The notes: generated by a model not told the origin, from the letters alone. A stretch of DNA of 64,000 nt from Desulfuromonadales bacterium (GCA_012974445.1 JAAXQG010000005.1:4247-68246); one strand, 5' to 3'. Numbered from the stretch's first letter, positions 21,669 to 32,817 are shown. Translations and numbers: made by a program.

Positions 21669-24600
21669 ATGCCAAAACGCACTGACATAAAGAAGATTCT
21701 TATCATCGGCGCCGGCCCCATCATCATCGGCCAGGCCTGCGAATTCGATTACAGCGGCACCCAGGCCTGCAAGGCGCTCAAGGAAGAGGGCTACGAAGTT
21801 ATCCTGCTCAACTCCAACCCCGCCACCATCATGACCGATCCTGATTTCGCCGATCGCACCTATGTGGAGCCTGTGACCCCGGAAGTCCTTCGTCGTATCA
21901 TCGAGAAGGAACGTCCCGACGCCGTGCTGCCCACTCTGGGAGGGCAGACCGCCCTGAACACCGCCGTAGAGGTCGCTGAAAATGGGACCCTGGAGGAGTT
22001 CGGTGTGGAGCTCATCGGAGCCAAACTCCCCGCGATCAAGATGGCCGAAGACCGTACCCTGTTCAAGCAAGCCATGGGCCGGATTGGCCTGGATGTTCCC
22101 AGCTCTGGGCTCGCTCACAACTTTGAAGAGGCGATGGAGGTCATCAAGTCCATCGGTTTTCCCGCCATCATTCGCCCCTCTTTCACCCTCGGTGGTACCG
22201 GAGGGGGCATTGCCTACAATCTCGAAGAGTACGAAGAGATGGCGATCAAGGGGATCGATGCCTCTCCCACCGATGAAATCCTCATTGAAGAGTCGGTCAT
22301 CGGGTGGAAAGAATTCGAACTCGAAGTCATGCGTGACACCGCCGACAACGTCGTGATCATCTGCTCCATCGAGAACCTGGATCCCATGGGGGTCCATACC
22401 GGCGACTCCATCACCGTGGCACCGGCCCAGACTCTGACGGACAAGGAATATCAGATTCTGCGTGATGCATCGATCAAGATCATGCGTGAGATCGGCGTCG
22501 AAACCGGTGGCTCCAACGTCCAGTTCGGCATCAATCCAGACAATGGCCGTCTGGTGGTTATTGAGATGAATCCTCGCGTATCGCGCTCCTCGGCTCTGGC
22601 CTCCAAGGCCACCGGGTTCCCCATAGCCAAGATTGCCGCCAAGCTGGCCGTGGGATACACCCTGGATGAGATTCCCAACGACATTACCCGGGAGACCTAC
22701 GCCTCCTTCGAACCGACCATCGACTATGTGGTGACGAAGTTTCCCCGATTCACCTTCGAGAAATTCCCCCAAGCCGATGCGACCCTGACGACCCAGATGA
22801 AATCGGTTGGCGAGGCCATGGCCATCGGCCGGACCTTCAAGGAGAGCCTTCAGAAATCGCTTCGTTCCCTTGAAATCGATTCCTACGGTTTCGAGAGTCG
22901 ACTTTTTGACGATTCGCAGGAGAGTTTCGCCGCACTGACTGACGAGAACTCCACCCTGCTGCGCACCAAGCTCTCCCAGCCCAACTGGGAGCGCCTCTGG
23001 TATCTTGCCGATGCCTTCAGGGCCGGTTGGAGCCTGGATGAGATTTTCGCCCTCACCAAAATCGACCGCTGGTTCCTGATCAACATTCAGCAGATCCTCG
23101 AGATGGAGAAAACGCTCAGGGCCAATCGTTCTCTGGTTGCCGGTGCGGGGGAAGAGCTGGGCGAGTTGCTCAGAGAGGCCAAGCGTTTCGGATTCTCCGA
23201 TCGCCGCCTTGCACGGCTCTGGAGCCTGACCGAGGGGGAAGTACGCAAGCTGCGAAAAGATCTGGGCGTCCTGCCGGTCTTCAAACGTGTCGATACCTGC
23301 GCCGCGGAATTCGAAGCCTTCACCCCCTATTTCTATTCCAGCTATGAGACCGAATGCGAGTCGGCCCCCACGGACCGCAAAAAAATCATCATTCTTGGTG
23401 GCGGGCCAAACCGCATCGGGCAGGGGATCGAGTTTGATTACTGCTGCGTCCATGGCTCCTTCGCACTGGCCGAAGAGGGCATCGAGACCATCATGATCAA
23501 CTGTAATCCTGAGACGGTCTCCACCGATTATGACACCTCGGATCGCCTCTATTTCGAACCTCTTACCCTCGAAGACGTCCTTTCCATCGTGGAGATTGAA
23601 AAGCCCTTCGGAGTCATCGTCCAGTACGGCGGTCAGACCCCTCTGAAGCTGGCCGTGGCCTTGGAAGAAGCTGGAGTTCCCATCATCGGAACCTCCCCAG
23701 ACGCCATCGATCGTGCCGAAGACCGGGAGCGCTTTCAGGCGCTGCTTCACAAGCTTGACCTCAAGCAGCCCGCTAACGGTATCGCCCGCTCCTTTGAAGA
23801 GTCGGAGAATATTGCCCAGAAAATCGGCTACCCTGTGGTGGTTCGCCCCTCCTACGTTCTGGGCGGTCGCGCCATGGAAATCGTTTACGGACAGGCCCAG
23901 CTCAAGCGCTATATGCATACGGCGGTCATGGCTTCGCCTGAGCATCCGATTCTGATCGACAAATTTCTGGATGAGGCGATCGAAGTAGACGTCGATGCGC
24001 TCTGCGACGGCAAAACTGTCGTAATGGGCGGAATCATGCAGCATATCGAGGAGGCCGGTATACATTCAGGAGACTCGGCCTGCGTACTGCCTCCGTTCTC
24101 TCTGGAGCAGAGCACCATTGCCGAAATCCGTCGCCAGACAGTTGAGCTGGCCATGGAATTGGGAGTCATCGGCCTGATGAACATTCAGTACGCCGTCAGG
24201 GAAGGGGAAGTCTACCTCATCGAAGTCAACCCCCGTGCCAGCCGGACCGTTCCCTTCGTATCCAAGGCCACCGGTCGTCCCCTGGCCAAGGTAGCCGCCA
24301 AGGTCATGGCCGGAATCAGCCTGGAGCAGCAGGGAGTCACCGAAGATATTATCCCCAAGCACATCTCGGTAAAAGAAGCGGTATTCCCCTTTGTCAAATT
24401 TCCAGGGGTGGATACTCTGCTCGGTCCCGAGATGAAATCCACCGGTGAAGTCATGGGTATCGACTACGAATTCGGTCCCGCCTTCGCCAAGGCTCAGTTC
24501 GGAGCCGGCGTACGCCTTCCTAAGTCGGGAACTGTTTTTGTGAGTGTAAAGGACAGCGACAAGGAGCACGTGCTTCAACCTGTCAACCGTTTGGTGGAGC

Positions 24601-24917
24601 TGGGTTTCAAGGTCGTAGCCACTCGCGGAACAGCCTCTTACCTCCAGAGTCGCGGCGTTGAGGTTGAAATCGTCAACAAGGTCAAGGAGGGTCGTCCTTC
24701 TATCGTTGATGCTATCAAAAGCGAGCAGATCAATCTTGTGTTCAACACCACCTTCGGCGCCGATGCGGTTACTGACTCCTACTCGATTCGCCGTACAACA
24801 CTGATGTTTAATGTTGCGTACTTTACAACCGTGGCTGGAATCAAGGCCTCGGCCCAGGCGATTGAGGCCATGTGTAGAGAAACTCTTGACGTGTGTCCCC
24901 TCCAAGAGTATCTTTAG
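21669..24917 (+). CDS. carB: carbamoyl-phosphate synthase large subunit
   Basis: This 1082-aa protein has duplicated ATP-grasp halves and a C-terminal MGS-like domain. Confidence 0.97.
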   Translation: MPKRTDIKKILIIGAGPIIIGQACEFDYSGTQACKALKEEGYEVILLNSNPATIMTDPDFADRTYVEPVTPEVLRRIIEKERPDAVLPTLGGQTALNTAVEVAENGTLEEFGVELIGAKLPAIKMAEDRTLFKQAMGRIGLDVPSSGLAHNFEEAMEVIKSIGFPAIIRPSFTLGGTGGGIAYNLEEYEEMAIKGIDASPTDEILIEESVIGWKEFELEVMRDTADNVVIICSIENLDPMGVHTGDSITVAPAQTLTDKEYQILRDASIKIMREIGVETGGSNVQFGINPDNGRLVVIEMNPRVSRSSALASKATGFPIAKIAAKLAVGYTLDEIPNDITRETYASFEPTIDYVVTKFPRFTFEKFPQADATLTTQMKSVGEAMAIGRTFKESLQKSLRSLEIDSYGFESRLFDDSQESFAALTDENSTLLRTKLSQPNWERLWYLADAFRAGWSLDEIFALTKIDRWFLINIQQILEMEKTLRANRSLVAGAGEELGELLREAKRFGFSDRRLARLWSLTEGEVRKLRKDLGVLPVFKRVDTCAAEFEAFTPYFYSSYETECESAPTDRKKIIILGGGPNRIGQGIEFDYCCVHGSFALAEEGIETIMINCNPETVSTDYDTSDRLYFEPLTLEDVLSIVEIEKPFGVIVQYGGQTPLKLAVALEEAGVPIIGTSPDAIDRAEDRERFQALLHKLDLKQPANGIARSFEESENIAQKIGYPVVVRPSYVLGGRAMEIVYGQAQLKRYMHTAVMASPEHPILIDKFLDEAIEVDVDALCDGKTVVMGGIMQHIEEAGIHSGDSACVLPPFSLEQSTIAEIRRQTVELAMELGVIGLMNIQYAVREGEVYLIEVNPRASRTVPFVSKATGRPLAKVAAKVMAGISLEQQGVTEDIIPKHISVKEAVFPFVKFPGVDTLLGPEMKSTGEVMGIDYEFGPAFAKAQFGAGVRLPKSGTVFVSVKDSDKEHVLQPVNRLVELGFKVVATRGTASYLQSRGVEVEIVNKVKEGRPSIVDAIKSEQINLVFNTTFGADAVTDSYSIRRTTLMFNVAYFTTVAGIKASAQAIEAMCRETLDVCPLQEYL

Positions 24918-24978
24918 GGTACGTTTGTCAGGAAGTCCGTTAGAAATTGTAGTATAAAATAATATTCATAAACAGGTT

Positions 24979-25008
24979 GGGCGGGTTTTTCCCGCCCTCC
25001 TTTTTTTT
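24979..25008 (+). terminator. intrinsic terminator after carB
   Basis: The hairpin GGGCGGG-TTTTT-CCCGCCC is followed by TCCTTTTTTTT. Confidence 0.75.
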
Positions 25009-25029
25009 AGAACGAGGTTGTCAAAAAAA

Positions 25030-25506
25030 ATGTCTCAATCCATCCCCATGACCCCAGAGGGTTTCCAGAAACTCCACGAGGAGGTCAAATACCTTACTCG
25101 TGTCGAACGCCCCAAGGTTGTTCAGGCCATCGCCGAAGCCCGCGCTCACGGAGATCTCTCCGAGAACGCTGACTATGACGCAGCCAAACAGCGACAGGGG
25201 TTTGTCGAAGGGCGCATTGCCGAAATCAACGGCAAAATAGCCTTAGCCAAGGTCATAGATCCATCACAGCTTGACACTGAAAAGATCGTCTTCGGTGCCT
25301 GGGTAACCCTTTTTGATGTAGATTCAGAAAATGAGGTGACCTACCAGATTGTCGGCGAAGAAGAGGCCGACCTGAATGTGGGGCGTATCTCCGTGACCTC
25401 TCCGGTGGCCAAGGCTCTTATTGGCCGTCAGGTTGATGATGAAGTTCATATCAAGGTTCCCTCGGGAACCCGTGTATACGAAATCATTAGTATCAAGTAC
25501 CAGTGA
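25030..25506 (+). CDS. greA: transcription elongation factor GreA
   Basis: MSQSIPMTPEGFQKLHEEVKYL and the remaining 158 aa are GreA-like. The start is moved to ATG 25030; the ORF track uses TTG 25018. Confidence 0.93.
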   Translation: MSQSIPMTPEGFQKLHEEVKYLTRVERPKVVQAIAEARAHGDLSENADYDAAKQRQGFVEGRIAEINGKIALAKVIDPSQLDTEKIVFGAWVTLFDVDSENEVTYQIVGEEEADLNVGRISVTSPVAKALIGRQVDDEVHIKVPSGTRVYEIISIKYQ

Positions 25507-25521
25507 CAGGAGGAGACTGTA

Positions 25522-25725
25522 ATGGCTGAAAAAATCAATAAAGACATGACTTTTCATCAGGTTCTTCAGATGAGCCCCAAGGTTGCCGAAGTGCTGGGTA
25601 GTTTCAACCTCGGTTGTGTTGGCTGCATGGGCGCCATGAAGGAAACACTCGAGCAGGGCGCCACTGCTCATGGCCTTGATGTCAACGACCTTCTTAAAGA
25701 ACTCAATCTCCTCTTCGAGGATTGA
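25522..25725 (+). CDS. DUF1858 / hybrid-cluster-protein-associated redox disulfide mini-protein
   Basis: The 67-aa sequence runs MTFHQVL...LGCVGCMGAMKETLEQGATAHG and carries a CxxC pair typical of this small family. Confidence 0.7.
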   Translation: MAEKINKDMTFHQVLQMSPKVAEVLGSFNLGCVGCMGAMKETLEQGATAHGLDVNDLLKELNLLFED

Positions 25726-27878
25726 AAGACAGGCCAGTGAATACCAACTTCACTGCCACCCCAAAAATTACCCGGCTGACCCCTTTGACTGAGGTGAAAG
25801 GGGTCAGTTCGCGTCTGGCTCAGAGCCTTGCTCGGCTGGGTCTTCACAGCATTGAAGATGCTTTTTACCATCTTCCCCTTCGCTATAACGATTTTCGTCA
25901 GTTACGTAAAATATCCCACCTGCGAACGGACACTACTGAAATTTTCTGCGGCAGGGTACTGGTTGCTGGAGCTGTCCCTTGCGGTCGAAACAAATCGATA
26001 TTCGAGGTTGTCGTCAGCGACGGTACCGGACAGGTACGCCTCAAATGGTTTCAGGTTCGCGGAGACTGGCTTAAAAAGCGTTTCAGCCCCGGTCGTAAAG
26101 CAATATTTATCGGCGATATCGCCTCATTTGGATCATCACTGGAGTGCAGCCACCCCGAATCATTTTTTTTTGATGATCAGAGTCTCCCTGACTTCCTTCG
26201 GGCCCATGGGCCTCCTCTAGGATCCATCGTCCCCGTCTATCCTTTGACCCAGGGACTCAACCAGAAGACCGCTCAGCATTTTTTCTCCCAGCTTGTCCGC
26301 AACTACGCACTGGAGCTTGCCTCTACCATTCCGGATGATCTTCTTCAACAAAACAATCTCCTCCCTCTGGGAGAGGCCTTGAATCTCCTGCATAATCCCT
26401 GTCATGAAGGGGATTTTGAGCAATTCAAGTTCAAGATAAACGACGCTCGTAAAAGCCTCGTCTATGATGAGTTCTTCTATCTCCACCTGGGATTGGGCTT
26501 GAGGAAAAAACAGAACGAAATGCTCCCTGGCAGGGCTATGAGCACTGAACATCGCTACACCGCTCCTGTCTTGAAACAGTTGCCCTTCGATTTAACCGGG
26601 GCTCAGAGGCGGGTTTTAGGGGAAATTAAAAATGACCTCTCCAGCCCAATTGCGATGAATCGTCTCATCCAGGGGGATGTAGGCAGCGGAAAAACCATCG
26701 TCGCACTCATGGCGGCACTTCTGGCCATTGAAAATGGCCTTCAGGTGGCCATGGTTGCTCCAACGGAGATACTTGCCGAACAACATCATGTTTTTTTCAG
26801 CCAATGGCTCGGCACTCTGGGGCTCAATTCTGCCCTGTTGACAGGACGTCACAAACGAAAGGAGAGGGGGGGGATTCTTGCGGCTCTGGCTTCCGGGCAA
26901 ACCCAGATGGCCATAGGTACTCATGCCTTATTGCAGGACGATGTCGTCTTTCATGACCTGGGCCTCGGCATCATTGATGAACAACACCGCTTTGGCGTTC
27001 GACAGAGAATGAGCTTGAGACAGAAGGGGGAGCAGCCCGATATTATGGTCATGACGGCGACTCCTATTCCCCGCACCCTCTGCCTGACCTGCTACGGCGA
27101 CCTTAGCGTTTCGCTTATCGACGAACTTCCTCCGGGGCGCAAGCCCGTTGAAACGCTTGTCATGGAAGAGTCTCAGCGCCTGATTGCCTATAAGATACTT
27201 GCCCGGGAGCTTGAGCAAGGCAGGCAGGGATATGTGATATATCCTCTGGTGGAAGAATCTGAAAAGTCTGATCTGACGGCGGCCAGCGAAGGGGCGCAGG
27301 CTCTTCGGGAGTATTTTTCTAATTTCAACGTGGGGCTGATTCATGGCAAGCTACCCCAAGCTGAGAAAAATGCTGTCATGACGGCCTTCAAGCAGGGTGA
27401 GTATCACTTGCTGGTCGCAACCACCGTTATCGAGGTCGGGATTGATGTCTCCAATGCAACCTATATGCTTATTGAACATGCTGAGCGCTTCGGACTGGCG
27501 CAGCTCCATCAGCTCCGAGGGAGGGTCGGCCGAGGATCAGAGCACAGCCGCTGCATACTGCTTCACAGTTCAAATGTGAGTAATGATGCGTTGCAGCGAC
27601 TCGAAGTAATGAGAAGCACCAATGACGGGTTTCGCATTGCAGAGGCAGACTTTGCCCAGCGCGGTCCGGGAGATCTTCTTGGAGTCCGCCAGGCGGGGGT
27701 CCCGGACTTTAGAGTCGGCGACCTGCTCAAGGATCAAGCGCTGCTCGATATCGCCAGAACCGATGCATTATCACTGATCAGCTCCGATGGTACAATTAAC
27801 CATCGCGACTGTATGAACATGCAAAAGATACTGAGCCTTCGATGGAAAGGTCGTCTTTCCCTTGTGCAGGTAGGTTAA
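25722..27878 (+). CDS. recG: ATP-dependent DNA helicase RecG
   Basis: It has a wedge domain, Walker A GDVGSGKT, DEQHRFG and QLHQLRGRVGRG. The start is uncertain: TTG 25722 overlaps the upstream stop, and GTG 25737 is an alternative. Confidence 0.93.
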   Translation: MKDRPVNTNFTATPKITRLTPLTEVKGVSSRLAQSLARLGLHSIEDAFYHLPLRYNDFRQLRKISHLRTDTTEIFCGRVLVAGAVPCGRNKSIFEVVVSDGTGQVRLKWFQVRGDWLKKRFSPGRKAIFIGDIASFGSSLECSHPESFFFDDQSLPDFLRAHGPPLGSIVPVYPLTQGLNQKTAQHFFSQLVRNYALELASTIPDDLLQQNNLLPLGEALNLLHNPCHEGDFEQFKFKINDARKSLVYDEFFYLHLGLGLRKKQNEMLPGRAMSTEHRYTAPVLKQLPFDLTGAQRRVLGEIKNDLSSPIAMNRLIQGDVGSGKTIVALMAALLAIENGLQVAMVAPTEILAEQHHVFFSQWLGTLGLNSALLTGRHKRKERGGILAALASGQTQMAIGTHALLQDDVVFHDLGLGIIDEQHRFGVRQRMSLRQKGEQPDIMVMTATPIPRTLCLTCYGDLSVSLIDELPPGRKPVETLVMEESQRLIAYKILARELEQGRQGYVIYPLVEESEKSDLTAASEGAQALREYFSNFNVGLIHGKLPQAEKNAVMTAFKQGEYHLLVATTVIEVGIDVSNATYMLIEHAERFGLAQLHQLRGRVGRGSEHSRCILLHSSNVSNDALQRLEVMRSTNDGFRIAEADFAQRGPGDLLGVRQAGVPDFRVGDLLKDQALLDIARTDALSLISSDGTINHRDCMNMQKILSLRWKGRLSLVQVG

Positions 27879-27950
27879 ACTGTTCAGGTACCTTTTTTGC
27901 ACAACAGTTTCCAACGTAATGAGATCAATTACTTCCGGAGCCCGGGAGAT

Positions 27951-28463
27951 ATGCTCAAATCGTCTCGTCGTGGAGATTACGAGATCATAAATGCACTGGG
28001 TAATATTTTTCCAACATTCATAAAAAATCCCGAGGAGCTCAAGGAGTCTGTCGATTTTTTCTACTACACCGGCCATGAAGGCTTCCCTGATTTCCTGGAA
28101 GAAGCCCAGCGGGTCGAGCCTAGAGCTTATCGCAGCTCGGATAGAATTCCCCTTCAGTTAAAGGCTCAGATTATCAGAGACAAAACGGATGAAGAGCCCC
28201 TGGAGGTTCAGACTCTGAATATTTCTGAGGCAGGCTGCGCACTAAAACTGAATGAAGAAACTTCGTTTCCCGAAGGAGCTGAATTGCTCCTTAAACTTCA
28301 GGATGTTCACGACGAAGTCACCATTCCAGTCACCGTATGCTGGTATTCCGATGAGAGTGATAATTTTTTCGGTGTCGGCATGCAATTCAAGGATCTTCCC
28401 AAAAAATACAGTGAGAATATTAAACGAATGATACTCCGAGGCATAATTTCGGGAATAAAGTAA
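27951..28463 (+). CDS. PilZ domain protein (putative c-di-GMP receptor)
   Basis: The C-terminal PilZ motifs RSSDR (RxxxR) and NISEAG (D/NxSxxG) are present. The start is uncertain (ATG 27951 versus TTG 27897). Confidence 0.65.
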   Translation: MLKSSRRGDYEIINALGNIFPTFIKNPEELKESVDFFYYTGHEGFPDFLEEAQRVEPRAYRSSDRIPLQLKAQIIRDKTDEEPLEVQTLNISEAGCALKLNEETSFPEGAELLLKLQDVHDEVTIPVTVCWYSDESDNFFGVGMQFKDLPKKYSENIKRMILRGIISGIK

Positions 28464-28608
28464 GTTCTAGATATTTTCGTGACATAATATCTCTTATGCG
28501 ACACAATATCTACGTTCTATAGAGCCTGTCTTTTTTATTCCCCTCCCGTCGGTGAATTGCTAATATCCCTATTTTACAAATCCTTCCCCATCATGGAGAA
28601 TTCCTTAT

Positions 28609-30000
28609 ATGAAATACAAAAGCACGAGAGGTCAAGTCTCTGGCCTTTCGTTCAAAGATGCCGTATTGATGGGCCTTGCCACCGATGGCGGGCTTCTGCT
28701 TCCCGAATCGATTCCTCATCTCAATCGTGGCGAAATCGAGGCTCTGACCAAGCTGGCCTATCCCGAACTGGCCTTTCAAATTATCTCTCGATTTGTAGAT
28801 GACATTCCCTCAGCGGACCTCAAGACCCTGATTGAGCGCTCCTACGCAACCTTCACTCACGACGAGATAACTCCCGTGGTGCATGAGGATGGGATTTTTG
28901 TGCTGGAGCTATTCCACGGGCCCACCCTTGCGTTCAAGGACGTGGCGCTGCAGCTCCTGGGCAATCTGTTCCAATATCTCCTCAAGGAGAGCGGCCAGAA
29001 GATGAATATCATCGGGGCGACTTCTGGAGATACGGGCAGCGCCGCCATCTATGGTGTCCGGGGCAAGGAAAACATCAATATTTTCATCCTGCATCCCGAG
29101 GGTAAGGTTTCGCCCATTCAGGAACTGCAGATGACCACGGTCACCGAGGATAACGTTTTCAATCTTGCCATCGACGGTACTTTTGATGACGGCCAGCGCA
29201 TCGTCAAGGAGATCTTTGGCGACCTGGAATTCAAATCAAAATACGCTCTCGGGGCGGTTAATTCTATCAACTGGGCCCGGGTAATGGCTCAGGTGGTCTA
29301 TTACTTCTATGCTTATGGCCAGGTTCGTAAGAAAACCGGTGCAGATAGCGTCTATTTCTCCGTACCCACAGGTAATTTCGGGGATATCTTCGCAGGCTAC
29401 ATCGCCAAACGCATGGGACTGCCGATTAAGGAGCTGATTCTGGCAACCAACCAGAACGATATTTTGACCCGTTTTGTCCAAACCGGGACATACAGTATTG
29501 GCAAGGTCTCCCCTTCCATCTCTCCATCAATGGATATCCAGATCGCCAGTAATTTCGAGCGCTATCTCTATTATCTGCTAGGCGAGAATCCCGAGCGGGT
29601 TCAGCAGGCTATGGACGAATTCTCACAGGACGGTTCCATCAGCGTCTCCGAGCAGGAACTCAAGAGGGTTCAGCAGGAGTTCACCGCATGCACCGTCTCT
29701 GAGGCCCAGACCCTTGAGACCATCACCGACTTCTACAGACTGACCAGCTACGTTCTTGATCCCCATACGGCCGTCGGAGTTCATGCGGGCAAGACGCTCT
29801 GCAAGGGGGATGCTCCCCTGATTTGCCTCTCGACGGCCCATCCATCCAAATTCGAAGCGCCCGTCCAGAGTGCCTGTGGAATCATCCCGAGACAGCCCGA
29901 AAGTCTCGTAGGCATAGAATCCCGCCCGAAGCGTTGTGAAAAAATCGCCGCCTCGACCGAGCTGATCAAAAAGTTCATCTCCGAGCGGGCACTGAGCTGA
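28609..30000 (+). CDS. thrC: threonine synthase
   Basis: MKYKSTRG opens the protein, and the PLP-lysine motif is GPTLAFKDVALQ. Length is 463 aa. Confidence 0.93.
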   Translation: MKYKSTRGQVSGLSFKDAVLMGLATDGGLLLPESIPHLNRGEIEALTKLAYPELAFQIISRFVDDIPSADLKTLIERSYATFTHDEITPVVHEDGIFVLELFHGPTLAFKDVALQLLGNLFQYLLKESGQKMNIIGATSGDTGSAAIYGVRGKENINIFILHPEGKVSPIQELQMTTVTEDNVFNLAIDGTFDDGQRIVKEIFGDLEFKSKYALGAVNSINWARVMAQVVYYFYAYGQVRKKTGADSVYFSVPTGNFGDIFAGYIAKRMGLPIKELILATNQNDILTRFVQTGTYSIGKVSPSISPSMDIQIASNFERYLYYLLGENPERVQQAMDEFSQDGSISVSEQELKRVQQEFTACTVSEAQTLETITDFYRLTSYVLDPHTAVGVHAGKTLCKGDAPLICLSTAHPSKFEAPVQSACGIIPRQPESLVGIESRPKRCEKIAASTELIKKFISERALS

Positions 30001-30036
30001 CCCTCCCCCTTGTTCACCAACGCCTGTATCAATCTG

Positions 30037-30068
30037 ACGGCCCTGATATTTTCAGGGCCGTTTTTTTT
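30037..30068 (+). terminator. intrinsic terminator after thrC
   Basis: The hairpin ACGGCCCTGA-TATTT-TCAGGGCCGT is followed by a T8 run. Confidence 0.75.
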
Positions 30069-30165
30069 GGCTATTATTGGCCTCGGGTTCCGGATCACGA
30101 GCTTATTCGACAGGGAGAGATCGATTTCTCACTTCCCCCCCTGCCCTTTAAAATATAAAGGCTCG

Positions 30166-30300
30166 TCAGCAGAATCTGTGGTGACAATCAGGTTCCGGCA
30201 ACTCGCCAAGCGTATGATATAAGGCGACTTTCAAGCATCTGAGAGCTTTGAAACCGTAGGCTTTCTCATAGCCCACCGCTTTGATCCGTCTTTGACCAAT
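30166..30300 (-). pseudogene. C-terminal remnant of an ISL3-family-like transposase
   Basis: The minus-strand frame reads IGQRRIKAVGYEKAYGFKALRCLKVALYHTLGELPEPDCHHRFC*. The tail AYGF..ALYH.LG.LPEP...HRFC matches my recollection of ISL3 transposase C-termini. No upstream part of the gene is present. Confidence 0.4.
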
Positions 30301-30302
30301 TG

Positions 30303-30514
30303 CGTTTGGTGGGCAGTGCCCACCAAACGGCCTCTAAAGAGGTAGGGGCGCAGCAAGCGGCGCCCTGGTCTTACCATTTCCCCCTGCGTCGGGAACTACT
30401 GCAGGAAAAAGGTTCCGGTGTTTTGCAGCTCATCGTACTTGTGCCAAAACAGGGCGCGGCAAGCAGCGCCCCTACAGGTGGCGGAAATGGGTGCACACAC
30501 AGGTGCCCCCCTAC
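30303..30514. repeat. cluster of GC-rich extragenic palindromic (REP-like) units
   Basis: There are four units: a 13-bp-arm palindrome CGTTTGGTGGGCA/TGCCCACCAAACG (30303-30329); GTAGGGGCGCAGCAAGCGGCGCCCTG (30342-30367); its inverted relative CAGGGCGCGGCAAGCAGCGCCCCTAC (30450-30475); and GGGTGCACACACAGGTGCCCCCCTAC (30489-30514). The head motif GTAGGGG occurs three times. Confidence 0.6.
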
Positions 30515-30608
30515 GAGCTGTACTTATTTATGTCGCTAAAATCCAAGAAGGGCAATGCTATTTTTTTTAGCGAGCACTAACCACAAATTTAGCGGAAGAG
30601 CTTGAAAT

Positions 30609-30642
30609 AAAAAGGCCCCCGCCGAATGGCAGGGGCCTTTTT
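30609..30642 (-). terminator. intrinsic terminator after glnA
   Basis: The stem AAAAAGGCCCC / GGGGCCTTTTT has an inner GCC/GGC extension. On the minus strand it is followed by a T-rich tract, 23 nt after the glnA stop. Confidence 0.75.
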
Positions 30643-30664
30643 ATCGTTCACAGACTATGACTTG

Positions 30665-32074
30665 TTAGCAGTCGTAGTACAGAGCGAATTCTAAGGGGGT
30701 AGGACGCATGCGCACGGGGTCAACCTCGGCCTCACGCTTGTACTCGATCCACTTATCGATGACGTCGATAGTGAAAACGTCGCCCTTGAGAAGGAAATCG
30801 TGATCCTGCTCAAGGTTATAAAGAGCGTCTTCGAGGGAGGTTGCGACGTTAGGCACTTCCTTGAGCTCCTCGGGAGACAGACCGTAGATGTCCTTGTCCA
30901 GGGGTTGGCCCGGATCGATCTTGTTCTCGATGCCGTCCAGGCCTGCCATCAGCAGGGCGGCGAAGGCGAGGTAACCGTTGCAGGAGGGGTCCGGAGTACG
31001 GTACTCGACGCGCTTGCCCTTGGGGTTGTTGGTGGTAGGGATCCGGATAGCTGCCGAACGGTTACGGTTCGAGTAAGCCAGGTTTACGGGTGCCTCATAA
31101 CCGGGCACCAGACGCTTGTAAGAGTTGGAGCTGGGGTTGGTGAAGGCGCACAGAGCCTTGGCGTGCTTCATGATACCGCCGATGTAGTACATAGCCATCT
31201 TGGAGAGTCCGCCGTAGCCGTCGCCAGCGAAGAGGTTTTCACCGTCTTTCCAGAGAGACTGGTGGCAATGCATGCCGCTGCCGTTGTCGCCGAAAAGAGG
31301 CTTGGGCATGAAAGTAACGGTCTTACCGTTGCGAACGGCTACGTTCTTGATGATGTATTTGAACCACTGGAGGGTGTCACCCATGCTCACCAGGGAGTCA
31401 AAACGCATATCGATCTCGCACTGACCGCCAGTGGCAACCTCGTGGTGAGAAGCCTCAATACGCATGCCGACGCTTTCGAGTACCTGGACCATCTCGTTAC
31501 GCAGATCGATCAGGGAGTCGGTGGGGGCGCAGGGGAAGTACCCACCCTTGGTGCCGGGCTTGTAGCCGAGGTTGGGGTATTCTTCGCGGCCGGAATTCCA
31601 TGACCCTTCGCTGGAGTCGACGCAGTAGAAGGACTCGTTGATGCTGGAAGAAAAACGAACGTCGTCAAAGACGAAAAACTCGGGCTCGGGGCCGAAGTAG
31701 GCGGTGTCGGCGATACCGGTGGACTTCAGGTAAGCCTCGGCCTTTTTGGCGATAAAGCGGGGATCGCGGCTGTAGCCTTCACGAGTGATGGGATCAAAGA
31801 TGTTACAGATGATGCTCATGGTGGGATAAGCAACAAAGGGATCCATCTTGGCGGTGGTGGGGTCGGGAAGAAGCAGCATGTCACTGTTGTGGATGGGCTG
31901 CCAGCCGCGAATGGAGGAGCCGTCAAAGCCGATTCCTTCTTCAAACGTATCCTCGCTGAACTCGCTGATGGGCTGAGTAAAGTGCTGCCAGGTTCCGATG
32001 AAGTCGAGAAACTTGTAATCGACCATTCTTACGCCGTTTTCCTTGGCAAACTCTACGACTTCTCTTGGTGTCAT
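30665..32074 (-). CDS. glnA: glutamine synthetase type I
   Basis: This is a 469-aa GSI with [11 protein letters not shown] and [17 protein letters not shown]. Confidence 0.97.
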   Translation of the reverse strand: MTPREVVEFAKENGVRMVDYKFLDFIGTWQHFTQPISEFSEDTFEEGIGFDGSSIRGWQPIHNSDMLLLPDPTTAKMDPFVAYPTMSIICNIFDPITREGYSRDPRFIAKKAEAYLKSTGIADTAYFGPEPEFFVFDDVRFSSSINESFYCVDSSEGSWNSGREEYPNLGYKPGTKGGYFPCAPTDSLIDLRNEMVQVLESVGMRIEASHHEVATGGQCEIDMRFDSLVSMGDTLQWFKYIIKNVAVRNGKTVTFMPKPLFGDNGSGMHCHQSLWKDGENLFAGDGYGGLSKMAMYYIGGIMKHAKALCAFTNPSSNSYKRLVPGYEAPVNLAYSNRNRSAAIRIPTTNNPKGKRVEYRTPDPSCNGYLAFAALLMAGLDGIENKIDPGQPLDKDIYGLSPEELKEVPNVATSLEDALYNLEQDHDFLLKGDVFTIDVIDKWIEYKREAEVDPVRMRPTPLEFALYYDC

Positions 32075-32087
32075 TCCTGATCTCCTT

Positions 32088-32117
32088 TAAAAAAATAGGC
32101 TTTTCAATGATAAAGCC
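32088..32117 (-). terminator. weak intercistronic hairpin plus T-run between glnB and glnA (possible partial terminator)
   Basis: The minus strand reads GGCTTT-ATCATTG-AAAAGCC followed by TATTTTTTT. The stem is only 6-7 bp and AT-rich. Confidence 0.3.
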
Positions 32118-32147
32118 GGCCAGTTTCAAAAATTAAACGTCTGAATA

Positions 32148-32744
<597 letters not shown>

Positions 32745-32817
32745 CTAGCGGAGTAAAAGCGATTGAAAATCATACACAGCCAAGCGGCAGAAATCCAGCG
32801 ACCAAAACCTGCATTAA

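Noticed and set aside
21591-24065. An 824-aa ORF antisense to carB, the longest non-annotated ORF in the window.
   Set aside because: It lies entirely inside, and opposite to, an unmistakable carB. Its Gly/Asp/Leu-rich low-information sequence is typical of shadow ORFs opposite GC3-biased genes. Such antisense frames have historically been mis-annotated (for example as NAD-glutamate dehydrogenase-like), and I see no independent coding evidence.
30303-30514. Possible CRISPR array, suggested by repeated palindromic units.
   Set aside because: The units differ in sequence and orientation, their spacing is irregular, there are only four of them, and no cas genes are nearby. REP-like elements are the better explanation.
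30300-30539. A 79-aa ORF (MRLVGSAHQTASKEVGAQQAAPW...) in the thrC-glnA gap.
   Set aside because: It is made entirely of the GC-rich palindromic repeat units. It starts at a non-ATG codon and has no Shine-Dalgarno sequence. It is an artefact of the repeats.
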